Part shown: positions 61,408-64,000 of the stretch, one piece after another
How the letters are laid out: each line of letters opens with the position of its first letter
Numbering within the stretch: the first letter of the stretch is position 1
NCBI GenBank assembly: GCA_048941265.1
Contig: JBHLNT010000006.1
Coordinates: forward strand, 1-64,000
DNA from: Promethearchaeota archaeon
GTDB taxonomy: Archaea; Asgardarchaeota; Lokiarchaeia; Sigyniarchaeales; SOKP01
Reading direction: 5' to 3'
Length of the DNA stretch: 64,000 bases
Translations under genes and position numbers: made by a program
The notes under the pieces: generated by a model
Told to the model about the DNA's origin: nothing
Databases searched by the model: none
Seen by the model: only the letters and a program-made list of their open reading frames with translations

Positions 61408-63243
61408 TTAGAGTTTAACTAGACCTAAATTTTTCAATTTTTCTTGACTAGGTAAACCAGTTTCGGGATCAAATGTTCTGTATTTATAATAAGCGTCTTT
61501 TAATTTCTGAAAATTGGGTGTTTTTCCAGCTGAACCACCCTCATTAAGTGGCTTTAGTAATATTTGAGGTAATCTATCGTCAGCAGGCGTAATTCCCATT
61601 TTTAGATTAAACAATCTCTTCATCATATAAATTCTTTCAGCTAAAACTTTTAATTTTTCAACATCACATTCTATTCCTAATGCCCCTTGGATTAATTCCG
61701 CGGTCATCGAAGGAGGGGGATTACAAAATCCACATAATATTAAAGAATTATTTAATGCTCGATAATCTTGAGCAAGAGCACTTATGATTGCCATATCTTC
61801 ACCATCTGAGTACCAATCAATCAGTTCAATTCCAAGCTCTTCAAATGGTAGTCCTAATAAAATTAGAAAGACATCACACGAACAATGACATGGACCACGG
61901 GGGGTAGCTACTCCGTAACCGATAGCCATTCCAAAACAACGTCTTAAATCATGATAGGGTACTTCCATTCCATAGACTGTTGCGATTTCATCCTGAGGAA
62001 TCTTAAATTTTTTCCCTAATGCATCGGATCCTTCCGCCATAATATCGCCAATTCCTTCTCTTAGCGAAATTTTTTTTATTAATTCCAAAGCCGGTTTTAC
62101 ATCACCCCACACTGGTGTTAAACCATCAATGTCCTGGGATTTTATTTTACCATTATTGAATAAGTAATATACAAATGCAATTGTACTGCTACCGCTAATA
62201 GTATCTATTCCGTAATCATTGCACAACTCATTTGCTCTAACTATTGCTTCAAGATTATCATTTAAAATTAATGATCCAAATCCAACAACAGCTTCATATT
62301 CAGGTGCTTCTACTTGGCCTTCGGTTTTATATTCTCCCTCGGTTACTTCTGCCTTTTTGGCACATCCAATTGAACAAGCAAAACAAGGATAATTCGCTTT
62401 AAAAATTTTTTCTGAAGCTGTTGCTCCTGAAATATTAAAAGCACCATCCCAACTACCTAAAGTCCAATATTTTATTGGTAATTCTCCTTCAGAATTGTAT
62501 TTATCAAGAGCCCCCGAAGTACCGAGAATACTAAGCATTTGAGATGCGAATGAAGATGATACGTTTTCTCTGATTTTTTCTGCAGCAATTTTAAAGCTAT
62601 CAGGATCAGCAGGTTCATATGCTCTTTTTTTGCCTCTTACTGTAATAGCTTTTAACTTTTTAGATCCCATAACTGCTCCCATTCCTGTTCTTCCTGCTGC
62701 TTTCTCTTCCGATGCAACAGTTGCAAATCTTACTAAATTTTCTCCGGCTTGACCTATACACGCGATTCTAGTAAGGTCTGAACCCGATAGTTCTTTAAGA
62801 ATTTTTGAAGTCTCAAATATACCTTTACCCCATAATGAAGATGCATCTTTTAATTCGGCACTGTTCTCCGTAATTGCTAGATACACAGGATTATCCGATG
62901 CTCCTTTAATAATTATTCCATCATATCCAGTCTTTTTTAATTCAGGTCCAAAAAATCCACCACAAATAGCCTCTCCCCAAATACCGGTTAATGGTGATTT
63001 AGCGCACACTGCAAATCTACCACTTGTGAGTGTATTTGAACCACATAAGAATCCAGGCATAAACATTAATATGTTATCTGAAGATAATGGATCTGTATCT
63101 TTATCTATATGATCATATAAATAACGACAAGCATAACCGGTACCACCAAGAAAATTGTTTGCGATCTCCTCATTAATTGGTTCTTCAATTATTTCTTTGG
63201 TACTTAGATCAACTTTTAAGAGTTTTCCAATAAAACCATTCAT
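61408..63243 (-). CDS. aor: Tungsten-containing aldehyde:ferredoxin oxidoreductase
   Basis: KSPLTG, GG.FGPELK..GYD, IGQAGENLV, GRTGMGAVMGSKKLKA, C..C..GC, PEYE, DDRLP. Confidence 0.93.
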   Translation of the reverse strand: MNGFIGKLLKVDLSTKEIIEEPINEEIANNFLGGTGYACRYLYDHIDKDTDPLSSDNILMFMPGFLCGSNTLTSGRFAVCAKSPLTGIWGEAICGGFFGPELKKTGYDGIIIKGASDNPVYLAITENSAELKDASSLWGKGIFETSKILKELSGSDLTRIACIGQAGENLVRFATVASEEKAAGRTGMGAVMGSKKLKAITVRGKKRAYEPADPDSFKIAAEKIRENVSSSFASQMLSILGTSGALDKYNSEGELPIKYWTLGSWDGAFNISGATASEKIFKANYPCFACSIGCAKKAEVTEGEYKTEGQVEAPEYEAVVGFGSLILNDNLEAIVRANELCNDYGIDTISGSSTIAFVYYLFNNGKIKSQDIDGLTPVWGDVKPALELIKKISLREGIGDIMAEGSDALGKKFKIPQDEIATVYGMEVPYHDLRRCFGMAIGYGVATPRGPCHCSCDVFLILLGLPFEELGIELIDWYSDGEDMAIISALAQDYRALNNSLILCGFCNPPPSMTAELIQGALGIECDVEKLKVLAERIYMMKRLFNLKMGITPADDRLPQILLKPLNEGGSAGKTPNFQKLKDAYYKYRTFDPETGLPSQEKLKNLGLVKL

Positions 63244-63397
63244 TTTTTTCGCTCCTTATTTTCTTTTTTTGTAACATTAATTTTTTACATATAATTATTT
63301 TTATTTCAATTTAAAATATATTTTCTTTTTGATTTTAAAACGGAATTTTAGAAAAATACTGGAGAGAATAAAAAATATATTAGGAAAATTAGACCGA

Positions 63398-64000
63398 TTA
63401 TTTGTAGATCTTCACACCACGCTTTTCTAAATCTGTCAAAGAATCCGAAAATTCCTTGAATTTATTTTTTTCTAAATTCAAATATTTAAGTTTTTTAATT
63501 AACTTGAGTGTGTAAATTGGTTCTATGTTAGTCAATTGATTGCTTCTTAGAAATAAATATTTAAGTGATTTTAGCTTTCCAACGGATTTAGGAATATTCT
63601 TTATTTTATTATTTCCTAAATATAAGTATTTTAAAGATGAAAGCTTACCAATAGATTCCGGAATATCTTTAAGTTCATTATAATATAAATATAAGTATTT
63701 CAACGATTTTAAAGAACCTATTGAATCAGGAATCTCTATTAAAATATTTTTACCTAAATCTAGTACTTCTAATTTAGAAAGTAAACCGATGGATTGAGGT
63801 ATTGTTTTTAATCTATTAAATCCTAAAATCAAATTTTGTATCAATAATATATTTCCAATAGTTTCAGGCAGAGATGTTAATTTGTTATTTGATAAATCCA
63901 ATTCTTTAAGTGAAGACAATTTACCCAATGACTTTGGTAAAATTTTAATATTGTTTTTACTCAAGTCTAATATTTCAAGTGAAGTCAGAAAACCTATTGA
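63398..64000 (-). CDS. Leucine-rich repeat protein (5' end lies beyond the window)
   Basis: 23-aa LxxLxLxxNxLxxIPxSIG repeats; frame open to the window edge (SIGFLTSLEILDLS...). Confidence 0.9.
   Translation of the reverse strand, partial: SIGFLTSLEILDLSKNNIKILPKSLGKLSSLKELDLSNNKLTSLPETIGNILLIQNLILGFNRLKTIPQSIGLLSKLEVLDLGKNILIEIPDSIGSLKSLKYLYLYYNELKDIPESIGKLSSLKYLYLGNNKIKNIPKSVGKLKSLKYLFLRSNQLTNIEPIYTLKLIKKLKYLNLEKNKFKEFSDSLTDLEKRGVKIYK

Noticed and set aside
1-64000. Genome-wide reassignment of TGA
   Set aside because: Intact genes such as folD (2855), the radical SAM gene (20029), the second ATPase (40068) and the aminotransferase (60888) end at TGA at their expected C-termini

Overview
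AT-rich archaeal window that is almost certainly from an Asgard archaeon of the Lokiarchaeia type. This is inferred from gene content: an actin homolog, longin and roadblock domains, Rab-like small GTPases, a JAMM protein, LRR and TPR proteins, archaeal RadA and TFB, and GGTGA-type Shine-Dalgarno motifs. It also carries housekeeping genes (folD, purH, guaB, lysC, polyprenyl synthase, aor), two tandem SERCA-like P-type ATPases, a giant surface protein with a cytoplasmic longin domain, and a sugar-modification/glycosylation cluster. The main hidden signal is at 32.5-33.9 kb on the minus strand, where the ORF track misses or truncates genes: three tandem HesB/IscA-like paralogs. Two of them have an in-frame TGA exactly where the third has Cys (UxxxxC motif). 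Only those two are followed by a eukaryote-type SECIS-like stem-loop (AUGA...AAA...GA, with compensatory base changes) plus an extra conserved GC hairpin, which points to a selenoprotein cluster. Several genes appear to start at ATA codons. No rRNA, tRNA, CRISPR array or mobile element was recognised. All domain calls are by eye; no database searches were run.
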